This document shows positions 42,201-48,400 of a stretch of DNA of 64,000 nt, piece by piece. The notes under the pieces are model-generated. The model worked only from the letters and a program-made list of their open reading frames with translations. It had not been told where the DNA came from and ran no database searches. The translations under genes were made by a program, and so were the position numbers. Location: positions 255,242 through 319,241 of the forward strand of contig NW_021163190.1 in the NCBI RefSeq assembly GCF_004324835.1. Reading direction: 5' to 3'. How positions within the stretch are numbered: the first letter of the stretch is position 1; every line of letters starts with the position of its first letter. This stretch comes from Dendronephthya gigantea (Eukaryota).

Positions 42201-44594
42201 CAGCGATTTTCAATCATTTCAGCGTTTTCAAAAGCTTTTTGGGAGAGATTTTGAGCTTTTGCAGGTAAATTATCGAGAAAAAAAGAAAACTGTGGGTTAC
42301 GAAAGGGGTATGGGACAACGCGAAGAGCGGTCTAGTCTCTAGACAGCAATAAATACGCCGAAAATTGTGCAATCGCCTGGAAAAACGAAGAAAATCGCAA
42401 AGCTGAAAATTAAAATGCAGGTAAAAAGGTGTAAATGTGAGAAAATGTTAGGTTAATTTCCTTGATCTAATCATACGAAGATGTTGTTTCCTTAGTTTTC
42501 ATAAGATTTCAGTACATTCTTCGCATTTGAAAGTATTAAAGTTGTAAAAATGATGGAAAATCCGTTGTCATATTTGTCATTTATAGAGCAAAATGTCTAT
42601 TGGTTTTGTGAAAAAAAGCATAACCATGTTCATAGACCTTTAGAAGGGCTAAATACTTTTGAATGGAAGCAGGCTGATGATTTTATTGACTGGATTCACC
42701 TTAAATTCAGGGGGGGATGCTTCTGAAAGAGGGGGTGCAACTGTCCCCCAACCCACTTCACATATCTATGCCCATGTTAAAATAATTCAATGATTCATCA
42801 TTACCTTGTAGCTCTAAGATTTGCCAATGTCAGGGGCTTTTGTGTCTTTTGTTTCGAGACATTCGGTGTCTTGGAAGCTGCTGGTAAAACAGAAATATAA
42901 CCAAAAATTAGGTTTAAATTACAAAATTATACTTAATTGTGGTGGTGAGGAATGCCAAAGAATATTTTTGTTTAATACATAACAAATATAATCTAATTTA
43001 GTATCAATATCTTTTTTAAATAATGCTCAAAATGCCACTAACTTTGCAATTGCTAGATTAATGTATGGACACAATCAACTTATTTCTCAATTAATCAGCT
43101 AATTAGCAACCAATTCACTTTGTTATGGTATTTAACTACAAATTAGTAATCCAAATGTCAGCATCTACGAAATCTAGTTAACTTGATAGTTTCCTAATTA
43201 TTTAGTTAGTGTAATTGATAATCCTGGTTATGAATCGAATTCTACAGACATTCTGACTAAAACTAATATTAAATTAAAAATTAATAAATTCATTAGTATG
43301 CTTATTATTAGCCTGATAAAATTACTGGATGCTGATTGGTCAAGAAGAGTACAGTTATTTCGTTAATTGTACATGCATTGGTGTACCTAGAACTATAATT
43401 GGGGGGGGGGTGTATTCATATACTTGTGATATGCTGTCCAGATTCATTTCTTTTCTATTAACATGAATATATGAACATTGGCCCCCAAATTATCAATGCT
43501 GGCTAGGCCTCGGTGGACATGTACAGTATACACACGGTACAATTAACGATTTTGACAAAATAAACAAAATGGCTGAATGTTATTGCATGCACACTAAACA
43601 GCCCTGGAGGAAATAAAAATGCTTAAAGTACCATTCAGTCATACAATTATAATCCCAAATTCCATTCACCATCACATGACCATAGCTATATTAATCTGTA
43701 CATGCTAACTCATTTCTAGAAGAGAACCATAATATATAAAAGTTCTACCTTTGATGATACCAGAGGAAAACTGGTTGGCCAAGGACTTGCCAATCGTGAG
43801 ATATTCATCGCTTTCCAACAACTTCTGCTGTTCCGCGCAGTCGTCAATAAATGACAATGACACAATCGGTATACCAAGTTTCAGAGCTGCCCTGCCCTTG
43901 TATGTGTCGTCTACCTCTTTGTTTTCTGAGACGAAGTACTTGGTCTGAAATAATATACCATATAAATATATATATATGATTGTCCAGTTGTAGGACCCTG
44001 GAAGTTAAAACTAGTACAATTTTATGTTAAAATTAGCCAGTAGCTTTAAACTTGGAAATTAAAACTAGTACAATTTTACACTAGCCAGTAGATCAAAACT
44101 TGGAAGTTAGAACTAGAACAATTTGATGTTAGCCAGTAGATTTAAACTGGCTACAACACAACAGAATTGTATAAAAACAACTGATAAACCTTTCTGTACT
44201 ATACTAAAGGGGTAAAGGCTGTATTAAGGCGACTACCAAACTTTAAACTTCCTTGTGTAAACATGATAGGTCCTTTAAATTTAGCACATTGATTATTGCG
44301 AGCCTTTGTACTCATTTAAATGCACTCAATGTACTTGGAAATGTACTCATTTACCATAAAGGGAGAAGATTTTCATAATTGAAAATTGAAAATTTGCATT
44401 GCTTGCAGAGAAATGGGAATATTTCATAGCCCGGACACATGTTTAACTATTTAGCAAACCTTGTTATTCAGTATGTACGAAATTGTTCCTCCATGGTCAA
44501 CGATATTTCGACGGATTTCTTGCTTTCGTTTGTAAGCAAAGTGCTTGGAAGTAAAATCCACCGTGAACTGGCAATCCTTGAAGAATAAAACCAT
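8936..44594 (-). CDS. PARP4: vault poly(ADP-ribose) polymerase (PARP4/vPARP) homolog, multi-exon gene span. Exons found (minus strand, approx): 44460-44594 (ATG), 43749-43944, [missing exons], 40612-40776, 39884-40204, 39442-39602, 38604-38919, 37499-37722, 29364-29671, 28883-29016, 28394-28558, 27893-28015, 27384-27521, 26862-26954, 26585-26752, 25581-25774, 23789-24059, 23158-23319, 22446-22754, [repeat-exon region 11.2-21.3 kb], 10348-10469, 9636-9738, 8936-9240 (stop)
   Basis: Domain order on one strand: BRCT (MVLFFKDCQFTVDF...GIPIVSLSFIDDC); PARP helical domain (KYSQEFYSLVPH...KQDLCQ|LIKDILNV); catalytic domain (GNLGTGIYFGSDATTSVKYS...TRLLLICEVALG; EDEYVVYSVNQQRIRYLVEFS); VIT (DTLVPLKSVHIRAK...IEAKYVFPLDD...CGFEAFINGKHIVGEVKEKE...GHGAYLM...DVFTVSVGN); VWA (VFLLDVSCSM...ATDLWK...VLSDGH); C-terminal region (ATLKAMINGKEISTMVSTSEL..LTARALINDWEEG; FTSFVAIEKR); C-terminal tail (DGSWNLT...GSKSLGVRTFKTLCKMVATLLVLAYL...LCTRLQLGNNWEE). 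Splice phases are compatible across all listed exons. Confidence 0.75.
9636..9738 (-). CDS. PARP4: PARP4-like exon (DGSWNLTDSRLDNYLPVNASEIEKMLVDCGSKSL|G), phase 0-1
   Basis: Acceptor cttcttctag, donor G|GTAAGTTT; joins in frame to the last exon to give SLGV. Confidence 0.65.
9788..10335. repeat. SatA tandem array (unit about 115 bp, about 5 copies) filling the intron between exons 9636-9738 and 10348-10469
   Basis: Direct tandem copies of ...agtttagtttaggtttcctcctgtagtaacactggatcaataagagatgatccttactggacctctaggaagaacagtttagaactgatagagctatccagtataaataaagtt. Confidence 0.9.
10348..10469 (-). CDS. PARP4: PARP4-like exon (..PPIGVFLLQDE), phase 1-0
   Basis: Acceptor tttgcaaatag, donor GATGAG|GTAATAT; open frame; aligns to ..ELLSLQTE| preceding DGFWKLT in vPARP. 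Confidence 0.5.
10574..10800. mobile_element. MITE family 2 (TIR GGGGCAGTTGTTCAAAGCTAGGTGGGCGCTAACCCTGGGTTAAA)
   Basis: Related copies at 37183-37396 (complete, both TIRs) and 14370-14535 (partial). Confidence 0.5.
11646..11880 (-). CDS. PARP4: repeat exon copy 1 (Pro-rich; FG motif lost: SENVVALSLGSQQVQTDKEQ...PPPPPV), phase 1-1
   Basis: ORF 11624-11917; acceptor ..atcag|cag, donor AAAAG|GTATATAC. Confidence 0.35.
12363..12565 (-). CDS. PARP4: repeat exon copy 2 (DSPEQKKKEDEVSVKDTFGGFSFGIQQVQTHKQQPQKEQEMP...), phase 1-1
   Basis: ORF 12342-12572; acceptor tattaacag|, donor AAAAG|GTATATAC. Confidence 0.35.
13386..13625 (-). CDS. PARP4: repeat exon copy 3 (FG lost; Pro-rich)
   Basis: ORF 13365-13631; same splice-site context as copies 1 and 2. 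Confidence 0.3.
14370..14535. mobile_element. partial MITE family 2 copy
   Basis: Matches the internal and 3' part of 10574-10800. Confidence 0.4.
15372..15580 (-). CDS. PARP4: repeat exon copy 4 (NDTFGGFSFGIQQVQTDKKQPQEEQETPPPAAP)
   Basis: ORF 15352-15549 extended to the acceptor; donor AG|GTATGTACC. Confidence 0.3.
16916..17160 (-). CDS. PARP4: repeat exon copy 6 (NDTFGGFLFGIEQAQTAKQKPQEEQETPSPAAPPLPPKSG...PPPPP)
   Basis: ORF 16898-17128; same acceptor and donor context. Confidence 0.3.
17639..17865. mobile_element. MITE family 1 copy with a degenerate 3' TIR
   Basis: 5' TIR ggggccggttgtatcaagcccgtttagcttaaacgg; body matches 18430-18670. Confidence 0.5.
17963..18178 (-). CDS. PARP4: poly-Pro/WH2-like exon (..RISTPSFFSLVEDPQAKLELDALLGKIKSKKSLRRGVPSRGAKEEGVASPPPPPPPVPSSRIAPTF|G)
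   Basis: ORF 17848-18252; strong donor TTTG|GTAAGAAG; candidate acceptor ..ttgtcaaag|. Confidence 0.3.
18430..18670. mobile_element. complete MITE family 1 element (about 241 bp) with 45-bp terminal inverted repeats
   Basis: ggggccggttgtatcaagcccgtttagcttaaacggtggataagt ... acttatccgccgtttaagctaaacgggcttgatacaactggcccc. Confidence 0.7.
19034..19210 (-). CDS. PARP4: second copy of the poly-Pro/WH2-like exon (lacks the ELDALLGKIK segment)
   Basis: ORF 18963-19304; unit 18960-19700 duplicates 17870-18430. Confidence 0.25.
19700..21330. repeat. three tandem units of about 490 bp derived from the exon-intron junction of the 17963-18178 exon; each carries a 60-nt phase 1-1 pseudo/mini-exon ending ..NTFSP|gtacgaagcttgaaaag
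   Basis: Units at about 19850, 20340 and 20830 share ..cttgcaagtccaggggcgtagccaaacggg...ttaagtgaaacttttcaagcttcttacctg with the junction region 17940-17990. Confidence 0.7.
21720..22030. mobile_element. foldback element with two nested inverted repeats
   Basis: gtctgtatagggaaatatttccc / gggaaatatttccatatacagac and ttcttgcggtttgaattcgtattttagcgtt / aacgctaaaatatgaattcggaccgcaag around the central palindrome ggtccgtacggcc..ggaccg. Confidence 0.5.
22290..22345. repeat. degenerate telomere-like island in head-to-head arrangement (TTAGG-like run followed by CCTTAAT x3 and CCTAACCCTAATCC)
   Basis: Seen directly; interstitial, inside a PARP4 intron. Confidence 0.6.
22446..22754 (-). CDS. PARP4: PARP4-like exon (AVKVSRKDYIIEISKKYSVTSKFTSFVAIEKREEGE...acidic), phase-0 start; ends either at a stop or at the donor CATGAG|GTTTGT
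   Basis: ORF 22446-22745; acceptor cttattttccag|GCGGTC. Confidence 0.6.
   Translation of the reverse strand, partial: AVKVSRKDYIIEISKKYSVTSKFTSFVAIEKREEGETFDSTTAPDVDEILDGEDVDILGYIGFEEDDEESEGESEDSEDESEEESLSSGDVDELLGAAHEVC
23158..23319 (-). CDS. PARP4: PARP4-like exon (ATLKAMINGKEISTMVSTSELSITSGSTLHQLTARALINDWEEGLLAPDHLHHQ), phase 0-0
   Basis: Acceptor ttttttccag|GCGACA (polypyrimidine tract supplied by SatA), donor CAG|GTCTGT. Confidence 0.65.
23341..23765. repeat. SatA array (about 3.7 units) filling the intron 23320-23788
   Basis: Tandem copies of the SatA unit. Confidence 0.9.
23789..24059 (-). CDS. PARP4: PARP4-like exon (SSANRYFLRTLAKVGAGASEYFDEKVKSKWKRK...VAWQQFDNDAPTPIQAPSQILSLFNGSRQVVYGFVPYCTQ)
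   Basis: ORF 23753-24037 extended to the acceptor ctattttatag|; donor CAG|GTATGG. Confidence 0.65.
24170..25040. repeat. 26-bp minisatellite (ctagactaacgcctgtattctaaaag) with about 33 tandem copies, inside a PARP4 intron
   Basis: Seen directly; minor variants (ccgacg, accc). Confidence 0.95.
25325..25495. mobile_element. palindromic hairpin element with G-rich TIRs (gttactagaacgatgattggggggggggtgaatatattcatatattcagttctgccc ...)
   Basis: Near-perfect inverted repeat of about 80 bp arms; partial relative at 43390-43490. Confidence 0.5.
25581..25774 (-). CDS. PARP4: PARP4-like VWA exon (NRTSDMGATDLWKILRALSLLPVRS...VLSDGHVTETEMV...TRIFTFGVG), phase 0-2
   Basis: ORF 25577-25759; acceptor cctatttag|, donor GG|GTAAGTTAC overlapping TAA. 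Confidence 0.65.
25795..26545. repeat. SatB array (unit about 148 bp, about 5 copies) filling the intron 25775-26584
   Basis: Tandem copies of ..agtattttactctgtctaatgtcagatgattttactcatcagtggaagagtactgtcagttaataagttaacaaaactatctgtcagtgtctcttgttaacccattagcttgcaatgcacccagatgtgacctacttt. Confidence 0.9.
26585..26752 (-). CDS. PARP4: PARP4-like VWA exon (GSSIDNAKKILLLALNKLPANARFNIVAFGNQWLELFPSSVEKTEKSMKEAAAFVK), phase 0-0
   Basis: ORF 26552-26848; acceptor caatacag|, donor AAA|GTAAGTTCA. Confidence 0.65.
26862..26954 (-). CDS. PARP4: PARP4-like VWA exon (ACMLSFYPEFEADPIENVEYVFLLDVSCSMK), phase 0-0
   Basis: ORF 26739-27026; acceptor tttttatccag|, donor AAG|GTAGGAACG; DxSxS MIDAS motif. Confidence 0.65.
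27384..27521 (-). CDS. PARP4: PARP4-like exon (KTATKAVLEMKEGQKLDNGFQLLIGLAEIHVPRMWAERHPENADSQ), phase 0-0
   Basis: Acceptor tctttcttacag|, donor CAG|GTTGAAT; aligns to the vPARP stretch ..KAVISTMEG..LPRMWVEKHPE. Confidence 0.6.
27540..27890. repeat. G-rich minisatellite ((GGTGTAGAGGTGGGG)-like units of 15-22 bp) in a PARP4 intron
   Basis: Seen directly; explains the spurious Pro/Thr-rich minus-strand ORFs 27379-27946. Confidence 0.85.
27893..28015 (-). CDS. PARP4: PARP4-like exon (NVLQSFQARDDDSCDLSVHIAVEMPFDIRTLDCPTHVVRLK), phase 0-0
   Basis: Acceptor ccgtactatag|, donor AAG|GTCTGTGGCC. Confidence 0.6.
28055..28345. repeat. SatA array (reverse orientation, about 2.5 units) filling the intron 28016-28393
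   Basis: Reverse complement of the SatA unit. Confidence 0.9.
28394..28558 (-). CDS. PARP4: PARP4-like VIT exon (DVFTVSVGNIPPGATVLIKITYVAELAVEDENIVFSLPGSLAPWSRDQALKESTQ), phase 0-0
   Basis: ORF 28376-28585; acceptor tcatcgcag|, donor CAA|GTACGATT. Confidence 0.7.
28883..29016 (-). CDS. PARP4: PARP4-like VIT exon (V)CGFEAFINGKHIVGEVKEKEQAHKEYKKAISEGHGAYLMDEETP, phase 1-0
   Basis: ORF 28799-29017; acceptor tctttctctag| (10 nt from SatA), donor CCA|GTAAGTTCA. Confidence 0.7.
29028..29315. repeat. SatA array (about 2.5 units) filling the intron 29017-29363
   Basis: Tandem SatA units. Confidence 0.9.
29364..29671 (-). CDS. PARP4: PARP4-like VIT exon (S)EDVLVEPTTAISLDEEAMSSSDEEEF...DTLVPLKSVHIRAKLLDLCAKVVVMQVYKNSSDKPIEAKYVFPLDDMAA(G), phase 2-1
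   Basis: ORF 29320-29808; acceptor ctcttttcccaacaatttttag|; donor GCTG|GTATAG; phase matches the donor of exon 37499-37722 across an intron of about 7.8 kb. Confidence 0.6.
30617..32230 (-). pseudogene. RING-finger/TRAF-type zinc finger/coiled-coil/6-blade Kelch propeller gene, copy B, interrupted by an in-frame stop (TAT to TAA at about 31458)
   Basis: ORFs 31460-32230 and 30617-31459 are collinear with the 538-aa copy A; the stop lies in ..ENIIVAGG*LTNSVEM where copy A has ..AGGYKTNSVEM. Confidence 0.6.
34007..35623 (-). CDS. intact intronless 538-aa protein: C3HC4 RING (CQICFNVLKEPVMCSRNQHSFCRCCI...CPTC), TRAF-type zinc finger, coiled coil, six Kelch-like blades (hhhVGG ... W)
   Basis: Single long ORF; motifs seen directly; nested in a PARP4 intron on the same strand. 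Confidence 0.75.
   Translation of the reverse strand: MASYILGYDEERFVDKINQNFHCQICFNVLKEPVMCSRNQHSFCRCCITIHLENSQTCPTCADELTVETLAEPQRMVKDLINELKIRCVYIDRGCQEVVELQHLDRHEDTCGYTPAVCTNQGCGLIVNKRDLIHHESEVCEFRKLKSHSCREMTKTLADMDERMGNIETNNVIIETKITNLQRNMARSTAVADIKADMEGKLEAVNNEVKGLKTALVRAFDEMKDVLITMEGKQEENKRKEVNKPSGDKENIIVAGGYKTNSVEMFNWRQRTWSPLQSMPENRDGATSFIYNNHMTIVGGLCDGSGIVDDMIRMNIDPNPDLSTHWSVCPVKLPDKLCHHSSVLYNDQLIVSGGDNGNGSSDLIRAVQLVPPYTVKTLSRMPEPRRYHSMEIFDDNLLIVGGRTTHKFKDSLSSVVLYDMKKNELKQLSPLPYEVSHMATVRWGDKIVFIGGVDKHNNAFDTVIIYNVKTEQSHMLPSMRCKRSGCTAVVIENNIVVLGGSGEGGDLKSVEGFNFERYSWEDFPEMSQGRWMSTAVVV
36940..37183. mobile_element. MITE family 1 variant (TIR ggggccggttgttcgaaaggcgtttagcttaaacggtggataagt)
   Basis: Complete TIRs at both ends. 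Confidence 0.6.
37183..37396. mobile_element. complete MITE family 2 element, directly abutting the previous MITE
   Basis: TIRs cagttgttcaaagctgggttagcgctaaccctgggttaaa / tttaaccaagggttaggctaacctacttttgaacaactgg. Confidence 0.6.
37499..37722 (-). CDS. PARP4: PARP4-like last catalytic-domain exon (DFTEFTYDLEHAPDGYQSCHGVKNQPNSCPSEFEEDEYVVYSVNQQRIRYLVEFSLPEDDVTDVIIDDTVIGRG + AG), phase 0-2
   Basis: ORF 37495-37800; acceptor tttcgtttccag|; donor GGAAG|GTAGGAGG, whose intronic GTAG completes an in-frame TAG stop if unspliced. Confidence 0.7.
38160..38540. repeat. dispersed repeat, copy 2 of 2 (see 8040-8420)
   Basis: High identity to 8040-8420. Confidence 0.5.
38604..38919 (-). CDS. PARP4: PARP4-like catalytic exon (NIKVQNIFSCQRPAESAHFESHLGNIRQLFHSSKAQNFLGILSRGLLPPKIVVRDFGGERSDAGNLGTGIYFGSDATTSVKYSSPGKTRGTRLLLICEVALGRVK), phase 2-0
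   Basis: ORF 38583-38765 extended; acceptor ttcctag|, donor AAG|GTAAATAGC; PARP signature motifs. Confidence 0.75.
38938..39375. repeat. SatA array (about 3.8 units) filling most of the intron 38920-39441
   Basis: Tandem SatA units. Confidence 0.9.
39442..39602 (-). CDS. PARP4: PARP4-like exon (LIKDILNVNEATNFSTRSSDEAKYKACGCHLESLSKTTDEYLNIVNKVLSSST+AG), phase 0-2
   Basis: Acceptor cttctttag|TTAATT, donor CAG|GTAAGGAAAT; joins DLCQ|LIKD as in vPARP DLCQLIRD. Confidence 0.65.
39730..39900. promoter_or_regulatory. cluster of three CCAAT boxes (gattgg, gaccaatcag, agccaatcag) plus an E2F-like cttcccgcgctttcc inside a PARP4 intron
   Basis: Motifs seen directly; function unknown. Confidence 0.2.
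39884..40204 (-). CDS. PARP4: PARP4-like helical (PRD) domain exon (NNISSEVLNKENLSPP...LEDISKAEGVLQAIREILDKGDASDENLGKYSQEFYSLVPHNEEYVKEIKTKRVIAEKQDLCQ), phase 0-0
   Basis: ORF 39848-40225; acceptor tcatttcag|, donor CAG|GTACGTTC. Confidence 0.7.
40245..40600. repeat. SatA array (reverse orientation, about 3 units) filling the intron 40205-40611
   Basis: Reverse-complement SatA units. Confidence 0.9.
40612..40776 (-). CDS. PARP4: PARP4-like exon (GIDVNEKPDKKECRFADNSDTAEQLYSLFCSQQQPEYRRQFSAFPPGVGSHKMIS), phase 0-0
   Basis: ORF 40585-40767; acceptor ctttctttcag|, donor TCT|GTAAGTCATG. Confidence 0.5.
40872..41117. mobile_element. complete MITE family 1 copy
   Basis: Both TIRs present (ggggctggttgtatcaagcccgtttagc ... 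gggcttgatacaaccggcccc). Confidence 0.65.
41745..41984. mobile_element. complete MITE family 1 copy
   Basis: Both TIRs present. Confidence 0.65.
42040..42140. promoter_or_regulatory. two inverted CCAAT boxes (gcgctgattggtc x2) plus an E2F-like ttggcgggcaa, followed by a possible non-coding first exon ending at gcag|gtaaatt (42264)
   Basis: Motifs seen directly, inside a PARP4 intron. Confidence 0.2.
43749..43944 (-). CDS. PARP4: PARP4-like BRCT exon 2 (TKYFVSENKEVDDTYKGRAALKLGIPIVSLSFIDDCAEQQKLLESDEYLTIGKSLANQFSSGIIK+G), phase 0-1
   Basis: Acceptor tattatttcag|, donor AAAG|GTAGAAC; BRCT C-terminal consensus (GIP.VS..f..DC). Confidence 0.65.
44460..44594 (-). CDS. PARP4: PARP4-like exon 1 with the start codon (MVLFFKDCQFTVDFTSKHFAYKRKQEIRRNIVDHGGTISYILNNK)
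   Basis: ATG at 44594-44592; donor AAG|GTTTGC; aligns to the vPARP N-terminus (MVMGIFANCIFCLKVKYLP...ENGGKFSFSLN). Confidence 0.6.
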
Positions 44595-45395
44595 GCTTAA
44601 TCGATGAAAAAACCCTCAGCGTTTTGCAAGAAATGCTGCAAATGTTGTTGTTACATTTACATTTCAAAACATTGCTAAATATTAAAATTATGACGCAATT
44701 TGACAATTGACTCCGTCTTCTTCCTGTTCCTGTTTGGGGAAGAACCGGCGGCCACTACAAACGTCCGGGTATATTTTGAAATTTTTGAGAAAATTTGATA
44801 GAAAATTCATATTAGGCACGGGAAACTATTTCCTATTTCATTATATGAAAACGGTTCTAAAATCTAAGATATTGATACCTTATAACAAGAAAATTCGATC
44901 GTAATAATGTGTCTAGAAACTGTCAAATTGCTATAGTCCAGGCCAGAATCAGAAAATCGATTAAAGACCAACAAACACTGTATAAATATTGTATAGTGTT
45001 ATTTCCCACCACCAAAAGGTACATCTAGCCCTTTTACCGTATCTACAAACTTTAGTTGCATAAACTAGTAATTTTTCAATATATTTTTACGTTTTCAAGC
45101 AATGGTTTATACTATGTAATGAACTATGTACTCTAGTCCATTGTCCTTGTGCCCTTTATGTTTCTTGCGGTTTAAAACAATACCTGAGTGAAGTAATCTT
45201 AAAATTCGTTTTTGCTTAAAGAAAAGGAATAAACTTCAAAATGAAATGTTGTAGATCCTAATCTCATCTCTTTTAAGCAATCAATTCCCTTATACAAATA
45301 TATACTACTTTACAGTCGGTAAGATAGAAATATATTTAGTGTTGTATTATGTAGCAGTGACCGAATGATTACGTCCTTTTTTTGAATGTGGTCGT

Positions 45396-45453
45396 TTAGT
45401 TTGACCCATCTTTTACTGTAAGACCTCTTCTGATTTTTCCCCAGCCAATTAAT
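45396..45453 (-). CDS. EIF2S3: EIF2S3 exon 14 (stop TAA at 45396-45398)
   Basis: cttttag|ATTAATTGGCTGGGGAAAAATCAGAAGAGG...TCAAACTAA. Confidence 0.85.
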
Positions 45454-48400
45454 CTAAAAGTGAAGAAACAGGTAACGTAAATAAACTGATAAATAAGCAA
45501 GTAAACAAAAACAAGTTATGGAAAACAAATAAACAAACAAACAGAGGAATACAAGAACAAATATTCTTCATTCAAACCTCCAATGTTTTTCCACTCTTCG
45601 ACTTAATGCAATCTTTTCACCAATTTCCGTACAGACAGGTTGTGTCAACACGATCTTTGCCAAATCAACTTTGACTGCGAGAACTCGACCACCAGTTGAT
45701 AGTGAACCAATGTTGACCATCAGAACTTCGTTTTTCGCTAGTTTTTGAACCTGGATAAAGATTATGGAGGAATCAATATTCATCCAATGTCACCACAGGA
45801 GGAAATCTGATCAATCCAGAATAGCTTTACCAGTTCTAAACTGTTCTTCCTAGAGGTCCAGTAAGGATCATCTCTTATTGATCCAGAGTTACTACAGGAG
45901 AAAACCTAAACTAAACTAACTTTATTTATACTGGATAGTTCTATCAGTTCTAAACTGTTCTTCCTAGAGGTCTGTTACATGATACATAATATCATGTAAT
46001 TAGATCGTATAATAATATAGAGTCATATACTTAGCTAGTATAAATATATATACCTTTTAGTTAGTTAACCTTATTCTCGCAAGACTTACATGCATGAGTA
46101 AGCAAAATAGGTATAAGCATGAGCAGGCAATAGCTATGTCCACGCCTAACCGCAAGTGCGTAGCTTGGTGTCAACCACAAAGCCATGGTAGCATGCGCTA
46201 CAACGCTCTGAATTGCGTAGGGGAAATTACTTGTTGTTTTGCAGTTTCTCTTAGCAAGCGTATATAAGTCGATCCGAGCGCAAATAGATATAAGCAAGCG
46301 ATTACAGCCATTACAAGATGCCATAACTGACGATGCTAATTTAAGCTGACGGCTGACCAAATGAACATTATAACATAGATGGATGTATGATGGATTTTCA
46401 ACTATGGAGCTATTCACTGTTACTCTTACCAGATAAGTTAATGTTAGGAAATAGGATATTGTTAATGTGCTTTGTAAAGTTTAAGTTGTTTATTGCTCAC
46501 TATAATTCACTAAATGTTTTAAAATGCTCAACACTGTTCTCATTTTTTGTTCGTTCTCACCGGCGAACGTAACAGGTCTAGTAAGGATTATCTCTTATTG
46601 ATCCAGTGTTACTACAGGAGGAAACCTAAACTAAACTAACTTTATTTATACTGGATAGTTCTATCAGTTCTAAACTGTTCTTCCTAGAGGTCCAGTAAGG
46701 ATCATCTCTTATTGATCCAGTGTTACTACAGGAGGAAACCTAAACTAAACTAACTTTATTTATACTGGATAGCTCTATCAGTTCTAAACTGTTCTTCCTA
46801 GAGGTCCAGTAAGGATCATCTCTTATTGATCCAGTGTTACTACAGGAGGAAACCTGAACTAAACTAACTTTATTTATGCTGGATAGCTCTATCAGTTCTA
46901 AACTGTTCTTCCTAGAGGTCTAGTAAGGATCATCTCTTATTGATCCAGTGTTACTACAGGAGGAACCTAAACTATTTTATCCAGAAACATTTAACATCAC
47001 ATATTGTATGTTTACTCTACCTTGGCAGCTTTTTTGTCACCCTCTGTTCGAACACCCAGCAACCTCCTCAACAAGAAATAACTGATTTCCAGTTCTGTGT
47101 AGATTTCTGGCAACGCATCAGCTGCTCCCAAAACCTTACCAAAGAAAATAAAATATTTTGTCAAAAGGAATTGAAAGCTGTAAATAATGAAACCTAAATG
47201 AAATTCTGTACTTACATGGCCAACCATTCTGTCAGCTCTGCAGAGAGTTGGGTCAATTTTCGTTCCAACACCTGGTTTATAATGAAGATAAATGATTATG
47301 AAATGCTGCTTTTTACATGTTTTAATGCAATGGAAATTTGATCAGATATCCCCCAATGCTCGAGTTGTCTGACACAAAAGGTCTACATGTGTCTTGGGTA
47401 AAGTTTGACAGATCTTTCTGCAAAGAGTTGGGTCAATTTTCGTTCCAACAACTAGCTTAAAATGAAGATAAATGGAATATGAAATGCAGTTTTTCACATG
47501 GTTTAAATGGAATGAAAAGTTTGATGAAATATCCCTGATACAAAAGACATGTTTCTTGGGTAAAGTTTGATGGATATTCTTACCAATTAGTCCACCAGGT
47601 ACGGCGTACTGAAGATCATTTTGTTCGGCGAACAACGAAACAATCACAGAACAGATTGGTTCCCAACGCAGTTTTCCTTTCTCATCTTTGGAAACAATGC
47701 CTGGACGTACTTCAATCTCTTGACCAACCTAAAATGTTGAATTAGAAATGAATGAAAAGTATAGACCTGCTTCAAATCAGACCTATTGCATCCTTTAAAG
47801 TTCTGGTAAGAGTAATAATTTAGTAGAGCTTTGTAGGTGGAGCTATCAATTGTACGCATTTCCACAACAATGTAAACTTGGAGTAGCTGGGAAGATCTCA
47901 AAGAAGCTGGTTAATTCGACTTGTTTGTTATGGAATGGGGACAGCAAAAAGTGATCAACCATACCTTTAAGACACCTTGGAGAATGCTTCCTCCAGCAAC
48001 ACCTCCTTTAAGGTCTTGTACTTCGCATCCAGGCTTATTCACGTCAAAAGAACGGATCACTGAAATCAAGCAAGTATTTCAAGGTTTAAATTGTGAATAA
48101 TTCTTCAACCAAAGCAAGATACAGTTTCATTACACCATTCATTCAACTGCAAATGATTCTACAGTATTTGGTTATAGTCATGTTGGTCAGTCATCTCACC
48201 AATGAGCCTTGGTTGTGATGTGAAGTCTCGTCTTGGGATGGGTATTTTCTTGCAAATATATTCACAGATGACTTCAATGTTGTATTTCAACTGCGCCGAG
48301 ATTGGAACAACTGGAGCTCCTTCAGCAACTGTACCTTTGGTAAGGATAACACACAAAATTATATTTTGTTTCAAACTGTTCTTCTAGAGGTTTAGTGAGG

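Noticed and set aside
46061-46417. 118-aa ORF in EIF2S3 intron 12, and similar ORFs at 23758-24078, 25223-25714 and 31521-31790
   Set aside because: They have no splice-compatible context, lie antisense to or inside introns or repeats of well-supported genes, and have ordinary composition
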